Assembly: GCA_943788985.1 (NCBI GenBank)
Contig: CALSSJ010000021.1
Location: forward strand, 1-64,000
Direction: 5' to 3'
Length of the DNA stretch: 64,000 bases
DNA from: an uncultured Lentisphaerales bacterium
GTDB taxonomy: Bacteria; Verrucomicrobiota; Lentisphaeria; JABSQK01; UBA12247
Numbering within the stretch: position 1 is the first letter of the stretch; every line of letters starts with the position of its first letter. The notes below the pieces were generated by a model. The model searched no databases. It was not told the DNA's origin and saw nothing but the letters and a program-made list of their open reading frames with translations. This document shows, piece by piece, positions 41,861-53,104 of this stretch. The translations under genes were made by a program, and so were the position numbers.

Positions 41861-43897
41861 CTAGCTGTTCGCGCCCACCACGAGCTGATACACGGCTTTC
41901 CGATCAGTGCAACCGCAGACAGCCTCGCGGTCGACGGCCTGCAACGTCTGCGTCAAGCCCGCGATAAACTGGACATAGCCTGGCTTTTCGGCGGGAGCCA
42001 GAACTAGGGCGACAAGCTGCGCATCCATCTCATCGAAGGCACCAAAATCGACTCCGGTGAGATGAATGCCTAAGATGCAGACCAGGTCGTCTACGACATT
42101 CGTGCGCGCGTGCGGCATCGCAATCCCCTGCTCCAAGCCGGTCCCCATGCTCGCTTCTCGCTCCAGGACCGCTTTACGGGCAGCCGCTTCATCGTTGACA
42201 CAGCCCAAGGTGACTGCCGCGGCCAAGAGCTCCTCGATCACCGCGTACTTGTCCGCTCCCTTCAGCGGAATCACAATACCCTCGGGGGTGAGACTCTGTG
42301 AAAACGTTTCGGGTGCACTCTTCACGATGGCCTCGCTTACCATCGCCCGCTGCACTTCTCGTGCTTCCCCCGGCTTGAGTTCACGGATGGTTTGCTCAAG
42401 ATCGGCAAGTGCCTCACTCATTAAGGCGTTTGCTAACGGCACATGGGACGCTAAGCACCGGATGGTAAGCGCCTTATCCGCCGCACTGAAGTCAATCGCG
42501 ATGTCATCCTTCAAGGCCTGATAGAGCCGCTCGGAGTGATTGAGGCAGTGGACGTAAAACCCCTCATCACTGAACTGGCGCTGCAGGTCTTCGGTCAGGC
42601 TCCGGGTCATGGCCTTGGACGGAAACTCATAGCAGCATTCGGTGTGCTCATGAGCGCCCGGGTCAGGCTTTCGCAAGCCAGGACCGCCGCGTTTATAGAG
42701 CATTTGCAGGCCGGGTCCAGCAATGAGCGTGTTCACCAGAACCATGATCACGACTGCGGCGAAGATCTCGGCACCGATCAGGCCGGCTGCCAGTGCGATC
42801 CCCGCAATTGTAAGCGCCACCTCGCAGCGCGGTGCCATCCCCACACCAATACGCAGTGCCCCCATCATATTGAAGCCCGCCAGCAGAGACGGACCGCCAG
42901 CTCCAAGGATTTTCCCGATCAGACAAGCGAACGCATAGATCAGGCCAAAGCCAATCACCGCGCCGCTGGTCAACGATCCCAGGTCGATCCGCATGCCCAT
43001 CACACAGAAAAAAACTGGCACCAACAGCTGGTGAATCGGATCCAGTTTCTCGCGCACCACGTGGCGCACGTCCGCTTGGGACAGGGACAGCCCCATGACG
43101 TAGGCGCCGATAATCATCGCCAGCCCGCTCATTTCGAAAAGTCCGCTCAAGATCAGGGCCAGGGCAAAGGCAATGATCGCAATCGTCGTGCGGTGCCCAA
43201 ACCATTTCAGCAGCGCACTCAGACGCCGCGAGGCAAGAATCCCGACGGCAGTCGCCACCAGCCAAATCGAGATTGCCTTGACCGCAATCATCCCCACTCT
43301 TCCCCAGTCCACGCTTCCGCTTTCACTGGCGCTGACCAGGCCCATGACCACGGCCAGCATCACGATGCCCAAGACATCGTCAATGACCGCTGCTGCCAGC
43401 GTGGTCACTCCCTCCGGTGAGTCCAGACGCTTCAGCTCTGAGAGAATGCGCGCCGTGATTCCCACCGAGGTTGCAGTCGCGATCACCCCCAGCATCAGTG
43501 CCGACGGCGACATCCAGCCAATACTCTTGCCCAGCACCATACTCGCACACAAAACTGCTGCGCCAGCACCAGCGGCATAGGCCACAAACACTCCGCCAAG
43601 CCCAGCCAAGGCACCCGCGACTGAGTAGCGCAGCAGCAGCGCGATCTCTGTTTCCAGGCCAACGCCGAACAACAAAATAATCGCTGCCAGCGCGCAGATG
43701 CCTTCGAGCTCAGGAGAAATGCCATGAGCGCCCAAAATCAGAGGGCCCACAGCGATACCGATAAGCAACTCGCCGATAGCCCCAGGCAAGCGAATTTTCA
43801 GTGCGATCATGCGCCCGATCCGGGCGGCGATCAAGATCGCGCCCAGTTGCATAACCAGCTGAATCAGTTCATGGGATGCGTGTGTTTCGGATTGCAT
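41861..43897 (-). CDS. CPA2 cation:proton antiporter fused to a C-terminal PTS EIIA domain
   Basis: ATSVGIT, AAVIDDVLG, PVFF, PRCEV; ERE..TG...GIAMPHAR and VDFGAFD. Confidence 0.88.
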   Translation of the reverse strand: MQSETHASHELIQLVMQLGAILIAARIGRMIALKIRLPGAIGELLIGIAVGPLILGAHGISPELEGICALAAIILLFGVGLETEIALLLRYSVAGALAGLGGVFVAYAAGAGAAVLCASMVLGKSIGWMSPSALMLGVIATATSVGITARILSELKRLDSPEGVTTLAAAVIDDVLGIVMLAVVMGLVSASESGSVDWGRVGMIAVKAISIWLVATAVGILASRRLSALLKWFGHRTTIAIIAFALALILSGLFEMSGLAMIIGAYVMGLSLSQADVRHVVREKLDPIHQLLVPVFFCVMGMRIDLGSLTSGAVIGFGLIYAFACLIGKILGAGGPSLLAGFNMMGALRIGVGMAPRCEVALTIAGIALAAGLIGAEIFAAVVIMVLVNTLIAGPGLQMLYKRGGPGLRKPDPGAHEHTECCYEFPSKAMTRSLTEDLQRQFSDEGFYVHCLNHSERLYQALKDDIAIDFSAADKALTIRCLASHVPLANALMSEALADLEQTIRELKPGEAREVQRAMVSEAIVKSAPETFSQSLTPEGIVIPLKGADKYAVIEELLAAAVTLGCVNDEAAARKAVLEREASMGTGLEQGIAMPHARTNVVDDLVCILGIHLTGVDFGAFDEMDAQLVALVLAPAEKPGYVQFIAGLTQTLQAVDREAVCGCTDRKAVYQLVVGANS

Positions 43898-43946
43898 GTG
43901 CAGAAAATCACCGGCACCTACACAAGCTCCGATGCCTTCAGGTCAG

Positions 43947-44114
43947 CTAGGCTTTCTGGTCTGTAAATACCAGCCACAATGCGTGAACCATGCCGGGAAC
44001 TCCCCCCAGCAAACAAAGGAGCAGATTGATCCAGAAATGCTTGGTGATGCCCACCTGCAGAAAGGCCGCAATCGGCGGTAAAAAAATCGAGAGTAAAATC
44101 TTCAGAATTTGCAT
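43947..44114 (-). CDS. YqaE/Pmp3-family small membrane protein (absent from the ORF track)
   Basis: 55 aa MQILKILLSIFLPPIAAFLQVGITKHFWINLLLCLLGGVPGMVHALWLVFTDQKA; AGGAG RBS. Confidence 0.9.
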   Translation of the reverse strand: MQILKILLSIFLPPIAAFLQVGITKHFWINLLLCLLGGVPGMVHALWLVFTDQKA

Positions 44115-44122
44115 GCTAACTC

Positions 44123-44716
44123 CTATTGTAGCAGTGAGTCGAGTGCCAGAACCACATCTCCAATAGCATGCACTTGCACACTATTCCAACCGCGCGCACG
44201 CCCAGCCTCGATATTACACAGCTTGTCATCCAAGTACAGGCAGGGCACATCTCCACCGCAGAACTCTCGCTCGAGGTCCTCATACATGGGTGAGGCTGGC
44301 TTGCGAGCCCCAGAACGAAAGCTCACGATTTCATCCGGAATGCGATCAGCAAAGGAAATCAACTCCCGCGCACCGGTCAGGTGCAGTGTCGAAATATCGG
44401 AAAAGAAGACAATACGGAGTCCGCAACTGAGCATGCGATCCACTTGCTCGGCCATCCCGCCAATCTCGTCGCCGATCAAATCGTGATAGTAGCCTACGAG
44501 CTCTTGCCGTGCCCTTCCCGGTGCCAACGGCTCCAACACCTCGAGAAATCCGTCTTCATCTAGGCGGCCGGTCTCGAACAGTTCCAGCTTTTCCACGATC
44601 TCCGGCCAGTCAGCCATCAAGCCCTCCAGCGTGTCATAGCCGAAGCGACGGGCACAGCGGTCAAACTCCAGATTCACGCAGACCCTGCCGATGTCAAGGG
44701 CGACGATATTCGTCAT
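44123..44716 (-). CDS. HAD-family phosphatase-like protein
   Basis: ALDIGRV, RKP, YLDD..NIE.G...GW. Confidence 0.8.
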   Translation of the reverse strand: MTNIVALDIGRVCVNLEFDRCARRFGYDTLEGLMADWPEIVEKLELFETGRLDEDGFLEVLEPLAPGRARQELVGYYHDLIGDEIGGMAEQVDRMLSCGLRIVFFSDISTLHLTGARELISFADRIPDEIVSFRSGARKPASPMYEDLEREFCGGDVPCLYLDDKLCNIEAGRARGWNSVQVHAIGDVVLALDSLLQ

Positions 44717-46134
44717 TCTGCAGACTTGTCCCGGTTCACCAAGCCCCAGCGAGCCCCAAACGGCCAGTAGACAAACAGCGCCCTACCAACGATATTCTTC
44801 CGCTTGACGGCTCCCCAAGTCCGGCCATCCTCGGAGTTATTGGTGTTATCTCCCATCATAAAATACTCATCGTCCCCGAGGATCAGCTGGCCTCCCGCCT
44901 TCAAGACTGCGCGGGGATAGTTCGTCTCTGTGTGGCCCGCATATCCGTTCGCAAAGCTGTAAATATCACCGAACGCAGAGTGATCATTCTCGTCAATGCC
45001 GCGAAATTCGCTGGCCCCAGGCTCCTTTACCCAGAGGCGGTCGTCGATAATCTTCACCGTTTCTCCGGGCAACGCGACCAACCGCTTGATAAAGAACGGT
45101 CCACGCAGTGGTGTGCCGTCTGGCTTGATCATGCCAATGGTGTTAAACACGAGGATATCCCCGCGCTGCGGGTCTCGAAACTGCAGGCTCACCCGCTCGA
45201 CGAACAAGTGATCGCCGAGATCGAAGTGACCATTTATCTGCGTCCATTTGCCATCGACCAAGCGTGTATCGCCGAGTGCTCGATACTTGTGAAGGTATTC
45301 AAAGACATGGCTTTTTGAACCGGGCAAGGTCTCGACCCGGCCGGCGGAACCAAAGGCAACCCGACACTTGGGGTAAAACGGGATCGATGTATCCTTAAGC
45401 TCGAGATCCAGCGCGTAGGTTTGCCCGCCACCCTGCAAATTGTATGCCTTCACCGGCAAGTCGTTATCGAGTGCCACGTAGGCATAGCGCCGGGCGTAAT
45501 TCCAATAATCCATCACCCGAGCCACAATGTTCGGCTCCTGCGGTTCGTCCGGCGGTGCCTGAAAAAACTCGATGCCGTACAGGGTGGGCTGCATGCTGCC
45601 TGTCGGGATCTTGAATGGCTGCAGATACATGGCTCGCGCCCCCATGATCACCCCGATCACCACCACGAGCGCGTCCAATCCCTCTCGCGCATAGCCGACA
45701 AATTTCATCGGCATGGTCGCCTCGCGAACCGGGCTCCGCGTCGACCACATAAACCGCTCGCACTCGGTGGCTCCCAACCCGGCATCCTGTGATTGCTGCG
45801 CGCCCTTGCGCCCCTTCCGGCCTCGCTGCTGCGGCAGATCTTCATGATCCTGCGGCTCGCTGGGCTGGTGAACTTCTGGGCCAGCGGCGTATAATTGCTC
45901 GGCCCGCTGCTGCACCTTGAACAGCTTGGCATCTTCATCGGCGGACAGGATGTCACGATCCCATTCCCGGCGATGCCGAATCTGCTTGATAAACTGCTTC
46001 AGGAAGTGCCGGTTTTTCCGCTGCTGTGAGCCAAGCGGCCCGTTCAGCAAATAGCTTCCTGGCCAGACAAGGAACAGCAGGATGTCATAAATGACCATCG
46101 CAACTTTGGCCAGTAGGCTCATACTCGAAAACAT
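44713..46134 (-). CDS. lepB: Signal peptidase I
   Basis: IPTGSMQPTL, GDHLFV, FIKRLVALPGE, GDNTNNSEDGRTWG. Confidence 0.93.
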   Translation of the reverse strand: MFSSMSLLAKVAMVIYDILLFLVWPGSYLLNGPLGSQQRKNRHFLKQFIKQIRHRREWDRDILSADEDAKLFKVQQRAEQLYAAGPEVHQPSEPQDHEDLPQQRGRKGRKGAQQSQDAGLGATECERFMWSTRSPVREATMPMKFVGYAREGLDALVVVIGVIMGARAMYLQPFKIPTGSMQPTLYGIEFFQAPPDEPQEPNIVARVMDYWNYARRYAYVALDNDLPVKAYNLQGGGQTYALDLELKDTSIPFYPKCRVAFGSAGRVETLPGSKSHVFEYLHKYRALGDTRLVDGKWTQINGHFDLGDHLFVERVSLQFRDPQRGDILVFNTIGMIKPDGTPLRGPFFIKRLVALPGETVKIIDDRLWVKEPGASEFRGIDENDHSAFGDIYSFANGYAGHTETNYPRAVLKAGGQLILGDDEYFMMGDNTNNSEDGRTWGAVKRKNIVGRALFVYWPFGARWGLVNRDKSAE

Positions 46135-46233
46135 CTGCGCTACCAAACTAGAGGGGGGCTGGAAGAGAACGGCGTACTATGCTGGATTACGCCCATCCGT
46201 CGATAGGAGCCGCCGAGAACGGCTTGCGAGATG

Positions 46234-49200
46234 CTACTCGTCGCGCAATGCAGACAGCAATCGGCCAGAAAGCGCCCACCTTGTCGCGGCCATCACGGAG
46301 AGGACTCCGACTGCGGCGAGTGTAGCCAATAGACTCAGGATTGCAGCAACGGGCACGTGCATACCTGGGGCGGCAAGAGTTGGCGACACCGCCACTAGCG
46401 CGCTGACCGAGCCCAATAGCAGCCCCAACGCTAGCAACAGCCAATGCTCACCCAGCACCATGCTCCTGAGCGCCTTGCGGCTGTAGCCTACAGCGCGCAG
46501 CAGCGCGAGCTCGCTGCGCCGTTCCAGGACGTTGCGCAACACCAGCGCGCCCAACCCCAGCGTGCCGAGGACCACGCCCAGCCCGCCAAGAATCATAAAA
46601 ATGCGCAGGTAAGCCGCCTCTACCGAATGAAACTCCTGCAGGCGCGTCAGCGCCGGAGTCAGCGCCAGACCAAATCGCTCCAAGCGCGCAGGCAAACGCT
46701 CCGCCTGCCCTTCCCTCCCTTGCAGCACATCAACAAGAACCATCCGATAGCCAGGTTCGGAAGGAAATCGAGTTGCGAAGTTCGCATGTGAAATCAGCAC
46801 CGTCCCTTGCAAGATCGTAAGCGGCGACGGCAACTGCCCCACCAGCCGAACCCGAAACTCCGCACCACTCTCGTCCCGATAGACCAGCTCATCGCCTTGC
46901 TCTACGTCCACCTTCTTGCGCAAGGTCCACATTGCGGTGTTCGCATCGCCCACCAGGCCGGGCATCACGTTCGGCCCCAGGTCCAGATTCAGCAGCTGCC
47001 ACAGCTCATCGTCCGGCGAAGGAACAAAGGCTCCGCGAGATGCCAGCGGCTCGACTGGCACGCCCAACAGGCGGGGAGACTGCGCGCGGTTGAGATTAAA
47101 ACAGCTGGCGTCATCGCCATCACGCACCTTGCAGGAGATAAAATTCAGGCTGTCTTCCAGCCGAAACGTCTCTTGTGCCTGCGCCGACTCGAGCGGATCA
47201 GGAAACGGCAATGTGGCTTCGCCGATAAAGGCAAAGCCGCCGGTCCCGGACGAGCGCTGGTGCGCATACCGCGCCAGATCCTGCTGCATGCTTGAGACCG
47301 CGATCACCAGAAATGTGCCACTGGCCAGCAGCACCACGGCGGTGAGACTCCGGGCACGTCGCCGAGTGCTGTTTCGAAGCCCGAGCGCCAGACTGGTCAG
47401 GCGCTCTCGGCCACGCTGGTCAAGCCTCACCAGCAGAAACCGTGCAGCGCACAGCCCGCTCATGAGTAACAGAAAGCCTGCGCCAAAGAATACGTAGACC
47501 GCGTGCTGCCCTGCCCCGCTGAGCCCAAAGCCCACGCAGCCCAGCGCCCCCAGAAAACACCCCCAGCCAGCCACTTGAATCCAACGCCCGGCCGCTGCCG
47601 CCTGGTCCACCTGCCAGCTCCCAGCGAGCAACGCTCGCGGCTCCCGACGCAGCAGTTTGCGCAGCGTCAGAGCCATCGCCAGCAGCGCACAGATCACTGT
47701 GACCAAGAAGCCGATGAGCAAGGTCGCAGGCTCCAGATGAAACACCACCGGCGTCCCAGCAACGGCTCCCTGCCAATTCCCGGTAAGCCCAGCCAGCAGC
47801 GCCTTCGTCACCCCGATCCCAGCGATGCTGCCTAAGCCAGCCCCCAGCACCGCGGAGACACTCGCCTCGCCCAGCAGCACCAGCGCCACCTGAGGCCGCG
47901 GCCAGCCGACTCCCAACAAAATTCCAATCTCCTCCGCACGCTGCTGAATCCCGAACACAAACATCAGCGCAGTCAGCATCAGCGCCGAGGCAATCAAGAA
48001 AAAGCTTAACGAGACAAACAACTCACCAAAGCTCATCGCCTCATCCACTGCTCGTAACGCCAACTCGCGAACCGGCACAAAAAACAAACCGAGCGCGGAG
48101 GCAGACAGCGCCGAAGTCAGCTCGCGTTGCAGATCCTCGATCTGAAGCTCCGTGCCCGGATAGCGGACCGCGGAGGTATTGCCGAAACGGTTAGCCCACA
48201 TCTCGCGCCCGGCCTCCAGCGTGACAGCCAGCTTCGGCGTCTCCCGATAGCGTTCCCAATACGCCTCATTCGCCTCATCCTCGAGGGCAGCCTCATCCAT
48301 TGGCATTCCGACATCCCAGTCGCTACAACTGTCGACATCGGTCAAGCCCGGAAACTCCGGCATCCGGTCTCGCTCCGTCATGAACTGCGACATTGGCAAG
48401 ATGCTGTGCACCGAGAACTCACGCGTCCGTTCCTCAAACTTCCCGCTTGGCAAAAGCTCGTAGTAGGCAACCGCGATCGTGTCCCCCACCTCGGCGTCTA
48501 CCTGAGTCGCCAGCCATTGATTGATCACAACGTGGTCGTCCTCCAAGTCTTCTGGCACCAGGCTCAGTGCGGAGTTCGCACTTGGCGTTGCGGAGATCGC
48601 AAATGAATATGGGGTAGACTTCTCGCCCAGAGAGATCTTGTTCACGAGGTACGCCAGCGTCCCCACAGCACCCTCCCCAAGCATCGCCGCGGTGGCCGTC
48701 GCCGGCGTGAGGAACACCCGCTCGCTCTCGAGCTGCAAGCCCCCATCGCAAGGGCGCAGACTGACGCCCACATCTGCCAGCTTCCAGCTGAGGTCCAACC
48801 CGTCCTGCAGCGGCACAGTCCGGTTCTCCGGGCCGCCCGTAAGCAGCGTATTGACCTTGCCAACTAAGCCCGCAGTTTGCTGCAGCCAGGCAAGATCCAC
48901 AAAAATATTGTACGGCGCGATCTGATTCGCAGCCAGGCTGAAACGCCCGAATTCTTGATCGGACAGCACCGCGCTTACCCCGAACGTGCCCCGCCTGGTC
49001 AATTTCTCACTGCGCGCAGCCAGCGGCGCATCGCGCGGCATCAGGCTTGGCCGGCTGATGCGCAGCGATACCTCTTGCCCAGCAGCGATTTCCAGCCGCT
49101 CGGCGAGGTTGCGGCTGACAGCTGCGGAGTCCGCAGTGATCGTCGGCGCCGGCCCCGGAGACAGCGCCCAGAATCGTGCGTCTACGCCAATCACCTGCAC

Positions 49201-49524
49201 GTGATTCAGCTGACGACGCTCGCCCGCTTCATCCTCCACCAACACGACCCCGTGCATGGTAAGAGCTGGCACTACCGGCTCCCTCAGGGTCGCACTCAGG
49301 CGCGCTGCCAGTCCCCCATCGACATAGTGACCGTGCGTGACCATCGCCGCGTCCACCTGCCCCAGCCGCTGCAGGGCGAACAACCGCAGGCTGTGGCGCA
49401 CGGAGTCGCCAACCAGCAAGCTGCCCACGAGCATCGCCGCAGCCACAGCCGTCCCCAGAATGATCGCTGCGTGGCTCCGCCAGTAGTGCCGAAAACCGCG
49501 AAGGGCATAACGCGTACGCATCAA
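46234..49524 (-). CDS. Large MacB/FtsX-type ABC transporter permease
   Basis: Duplicated QRAEEIGILLGVG and ERRSELALLRAVG motifs, many TM segments. Confidence 0.9.
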   Translation of the reverse strand: MMRTRYALRGFRHYWRSHAAIILGTAVAAAMLVGSLLVGDSVRHSLRLFALQRLGQVDAAMVTHGHYVDGGLAARLSATLREPVVPALTMHGVVLVEDEAGERRQLNHVQVIGVDARFWALSPGPAPTITADSAAVSRNLAERLEIAAGQEVSLRISRPSLMPRDAPLAARSEKLTRRGTFGVSAVLSDQEFGRFSLAANQIAPYNIFVDLAWLQQTAGLVGKVNTLLTGGPENRTVPLQDGLDLSWKLADVGVSLRPCDGGLQLESERVFLTPATATAAMLGEGAVGTLAYLVNKISLGEKSTPYSFAISATPSANSALSLVPEDLEDDHVVINQWLATQVDAEVGDTIAVAYYELLPSGKFEERTREFSVHSILPMSQFMTERDRMPEFPGLTDVDSCSDWDVGMPMDEAALEDEANEAYWERYRETPKLAVTLEAGREMWANRFGNTSAVRYPGTELQIEDLQRELTSALSASALGLFFVPVRELALRAVDEAMSFGELFVSLSFFLIASALMLTALMFVFGIQQRAEEIGILLGVGWPRPQVALVLLGEASVSAVLGAGLGSIAGIGVTKALLAGLTGNWQGAVAGTPVVFHLEPATLLIGFLVTVICALLAMALTLRKLLRREPRALLAGSWQVDQAAAAGRWIQVAGWGCFLGALGCVGFGLSGAGQHAVYVFFGAGFLLLMSGLCAARFLLVRLDQRGRERLTSLALGLRNSTRRRARSLTAVVLLASGTFLVIAVSSMQQDLARYAHQRSSGTGGFAFIGEATLPFPDPLESAQAQETFRLEDSLNFISCKVRDGDDASCFNLNRAQSPRLLGVPVEPLASRGAFVPSPDDELWQLLNLDLGPNVMPGLVGDANTAMWTLRKKVDVEQGDELVYRDESGAEFRVRLVGQLPSPLTILQGTVLISHANFATRFPSEPGYRMVLVDVLQGREGQAERLPARLERFGLALTPALTRLQEFHSVEAAYLRIFMILGGLGVVLGTLGLGALVLRNVLERRSELALLRAVGYSRKALRSMVLGEHWLLLALGLLLGSVSALVAVSPTLAAPGMHVPVAAILSLLATLAAVGVLSVMAATRWALSGRLLSALRDE

Positions 49525-50188
49525 GCGTGGAGCGTCCCGTCACGCAACGTGAGCACGCGGCCCATTCGCTCCGCCAAGTCCGCTGCGTGCGTGACCACGA
49601 CCAGGGTTAGGCCCATCTCCCGATTCAGCGACACCAGCAAGTCCACCAATCGCAGCGGAAGAATCGTGATCCAGCGATCCCGTCGGCTCGTCTGCCAGCA
49701 ACAACGCAGGTTGGTTAATGAGAGCACGCACCACCGCGACCCGCTGGCATTCCCCGCCGGACAACTGCGCCGGTCGATACGCCAACCGATGGTCCAACCG
49801 GACCTGCGCGAGCAGCTCCTGCGCTCGTTCCCGTGCGCCCTCCCCTGCCCGCGCCGGTACAGTCGGGATGAGTACATTCTCGAGCACTGAGAGGTGCGGG
49901 AGCAGATGGTGCCGTTGAAAGGACAAAGCCGATCTTGCGGCAGCGCGTTGCTGCCCGCTGCTCCTCTGACCAGCCCGCACACGACTCGCCCTCGAGCGAC
50001 ACGGATCCAGTCGTGGCCTGATCAAGCAAGCCCACGATGTTCAACAGCGTGCTCTTGCCGCAGCCGGATGGCCCCATGATCGCAACGGTCTCCCCAGGGT
50101 CAATCGAGAGGTCAACTCCACTCAGAATCTGCTGCTCACTCTGCGGATACTGCTTCGTAACCTGCGTCGTCTCTAGAATCGCAGGCAC
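49521..50188 (-). CDS. ABC transporter ATP-binding protein (LolD-like), two frameshifts
   Basis: [32 protein letters not shown] and VVVTH lie in three frames. Confidence 0.88.
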
Positions 50189-50190
50189 GA

Positions 50191-50773
50191 TCAGACCAGA
50201 TCGCAGGCGTCCGCAGGCATCCAGTGCCGCTCCTTGCCCCACCACTTGACGTTGCAGCCGATCGGGTTCGTCTTGGGCACAGTCACTTCCTGGCCCGCCA
50301 GCACGGCGTCTACGGCATCACGCAGCTCATTAGTAGTTGCCTCAGAGGCGACCCGCGGCTGATCATCCATACGACCTGTATAGCGCAGTTTACGGTCTGC
50401 ATCAAACACGTAGTAGTGCGGAGTTCGCAACGCCCCATAGGCCGTGGCTACGTCCTGGCTATCGTCGCGCAGGTACGGGAATGGGAAGTTCAAATCCTCC
50501 GCGCGGTGCTGCATGTGCTCCATCGAATCGGTCGGGTGGCCGTCGGTTTCGTTCGAGTTGATCGAGACGAACGCCACGCCCCTTGGCTGCGTAGCCCGCA
50601 GAAAACGCGATCATGCGCTCCTCGGAGCCGGTGACAAAGGGACAATGATTGCAGGAAAACACCATCACCAACACGGCTTGGTCTGCGAAGTTCGCAAGTG
50701 AGTAATTCTTGCCATCGGTGCCAGGCAGTGAAAAGTCCGGCGCCGTCTCGCCGAGATCCAGAGTAAAGGCCAT
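50191..50773 (-). CDS. Thioredoxin-fold redoxin (AhpC/TSA family), frameshift near 50582
   Basis: APDFSLP, CNHCPFV; INSN, FPYL.D, RTP, Y.GRMDD, GCNVKW. Confidence 0.88.
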
Positions 50774-51194
50774 CGTTGTTCTCCGTGAAGGTCTTGCGTG
50801 AGTACATGTGCGGAAAACTACTGCCGACCATCGCATATACAACGGACGCCCAGACCAACAGCTGTTGGCGAGGCGATAAAGTGCGCCCCAAGCGGCACGA
50901 GGCGGTGCTGACAAATTCTTCCGCCACACCGTAGGGCTAGCAGTGCATACTCAACATGGTGCCCCCAGAGCAGCGCTGATTCTTCTTTTCTTTTTTGGGG
51001 GATGCAAATCTTGTATGCCTCGGAAAGGCGCGACCTCCAGCACTCCCGGCCGCGTACCATGTTCTAGCCATGGGCACGGGCAAGGGAGATACAGAAGAGT
51101 CCGAATCGTAATTGCACCTCCAACCGCTGCTGGCGAGCTGCAACGCAGGTGATACGGGTAAAGACTTTTCAGAAATCCAGGCAGAGAACTAGGC

Positions 51195-52295
51195 ATGGCC
51201 CAACAGTCACATATTCTGACCGTAGTCGGCGCACGGCCACAATTCATTAAAGCCGCCGTAATCAGCCGCGCCGTCGCGCAGACCCCCGCCTTGCGCGAGA
51301 CGATCATCCATACCGGCCAACACTATGACGACAACATGTCGCGCGTGTTCTTTGATGAGCTGGAGATTCCCGCCCCAGGCTTCAACCTCGGCGTTGGCAG
51401 CGGCTCGCACGGCGCCCAAACCGGCGAGATGCTGGCACAGCTCGACGCGCTTTACCAGGAGCAGAAGCCGGACTTTGTCCTGCTATATGGCGACACCAAC
51501 TCCACCTTGGCAGGCGCCCTGGCCGCGGCCAAACTGCACATCCCGGTTGCCCACGTCGAGGCAGGCCTACGCTCCTTTAACCGCCGCATGCCCGAAGAAG
51601 TGAATCGCGTCCTGACCGATCACGTCTCGGACCTGCTGTTCTGTCCGACCCAACCTGCCGTAGACAATCTCCTCGCTGAGGGTATTACCAATGGCGTCAG
51701 CCTCGTCGGCGACGTCATGTATGACAGCACCTTGTTCTCGCAGCAGAAAGCTACCGAGCGTATCGAGCGAGTGCTGGGGCCACTGGGCGTCCAGCCCAAG
51801 AGCTATCAGATTGCCACGGTTCACCGCGCCGAGAATGTTGCGGACTCCGCAAAACTCGCTGCGATCTTCGCAGCGATGGACGAGATTTCCACGCCTGAAG
51901 CGCCAACGCTGCTGCCGTTGCATCCAGGCTGTCGCCGCGCGCTCGAAACCCACGGCATCGTGCCAGGCCAGAATGTGCGATTACTAGATCCACAATCCTA
52001 TCTTGACATGGTCGCACTGCTGTCTCAGGCGCGCCTCGCCCTGACCGACTCGGGTGGCCTGCAGAAAGAAGCGGCTATCTTCGATGTGCCCTGTGTGACG
52101 CTGCGAGACGAAACCGAGTGGGTCGAGACTGTCGAAGCAGGTCGAAACTGCGTGGTCGGTGCTGCCACTGTGCGCATCGTCGAAGCCGCCCAAGCCTATC
52201 TGCGCGCCGGCATCCCTCCCTGGACGCCGCCGTACGGATCCGGCAATGCAGGTTCGCTCATCTGCGAGCAATTGGTGGCCACCTGTGCCCGCTGA
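51195..52295 (+). CDS. wecB: UDP-N-acetylglucosamine 2-epimerase (non-hydrolysing)
   Basis: GARPQFIK, HTGQHYD, GDTNST, HVEAGLRS, PEEVNR, TDSGGLQKEA. Confidence 0.95.
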   Translation: MAQQSHILTVVGARPQFIKAAVISRAVAQTPALRETIIHTGQHYDDNMSRVFFDELEIPAPGFNLGVGSGSHGAQTGEMLAQLDALYQEQKPDFVLLYGDTNSTLAGALAAAKLHIPVAHVEAGLRSFNRRMPEEVNRVLTDHVSDLLFCPTQPAVDNLLAEGITNGVSLVGDVMYDSTLFSQQKATERIERVLGPLGVQPKSYQIATVHRAENVADSAKLAAIFAAMDEISTPEAPTLLPLHPGCRRALETHGIVPGQNVRLLDPQSYLDMVALLSQARLALTDSGGLQKEAAIFDVPCVTLRDETEWVETVEAGRNCVVGAATVRIVEAAQAYLRAGIPPWTPPYGSGNAGSLICEQLVATCAR

Positions 52296-53104
52296 CGACT
52301 TGGTTTTTGCGGAGTCCGCAAAACCCAAAAGTAAAAGACGCCGTTAAGCTACGGAATCGCCGCCATCGTGACCGCACAGACCGCACGCTCATCGAAGGCT
52401 ATCGTGAGCTGCGCCAGGCGCTGACGCACGGGATTCGCCCAGAAAGCCTGTTCTACTGCCCGGAGTATTTCTTAGGCGACAACGAGGCTGAACTGCTGCG
52501 GCTTGCGGAGGTCCGCAGGCGCGCGGCTACTGCAGACCGACACACGGGTATTCGATCGGCTTTTCGTGCCGCGAGCGCCCGGACGGCCTGCTCGGCATTG
52601 CCCCACTGATGGGACGCGAGCTGGCTGAGATGCCGACTGGCGACCCGCCGTTTTTACTGATTGCCGAGGCGATCGAGAAGCCGGGAAATCTGGGCGCGAT
52701 TCTGCGTTCAGCCGACGGCGCGGGGGGCAGACGGCGTGATCGTCTGCGATCGCACCACCGACATCAACAATCCAAATGTCGTGCGCGCGAGCATCGGCAC
52801 ACTATTCTCGGTCCCAGTTGCGGAGTCCGCAACCGTCGATGTGCTGGCCTGGCTGCGGGAGCGCGGCATTCGCTCGGTAGCAGCAACACCTGCGGCGACC
52901 AAGCACCACTGGGAAGTGGATATGACCGGACCGATTGCGGTGGTCGTCGGCAGCGAGCAGTACGGGCTCACGGATGCTTGGTTGGAGGCGGCAGATGAAT
53001 CAGTACGCATCCCAATGCTCGGCGCTGCCGACTCCCTGAATGTAGCGACAGCTGCGACCTTGATGGTCTACGAGGTGGTCCGCCAGAGAATGGCACAAGC
53101 TTGA
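52285..53104 (+). CDS. TrmH/SpoU RNA methyltransferase, several frameshifts
   Basis: NPKVK, LIEG, EKPGNLGAILRSA, VVRASIG, VGSEQYGL, IPMLG..DSLNV. Confidence 0.88.

Noticed and set aside
50780..51190. Short ORFs and a pyrimidine tract between the redoxin gene and wecB
   Set aside because: No coding signal recognised; consistent with a divergent promoter region.
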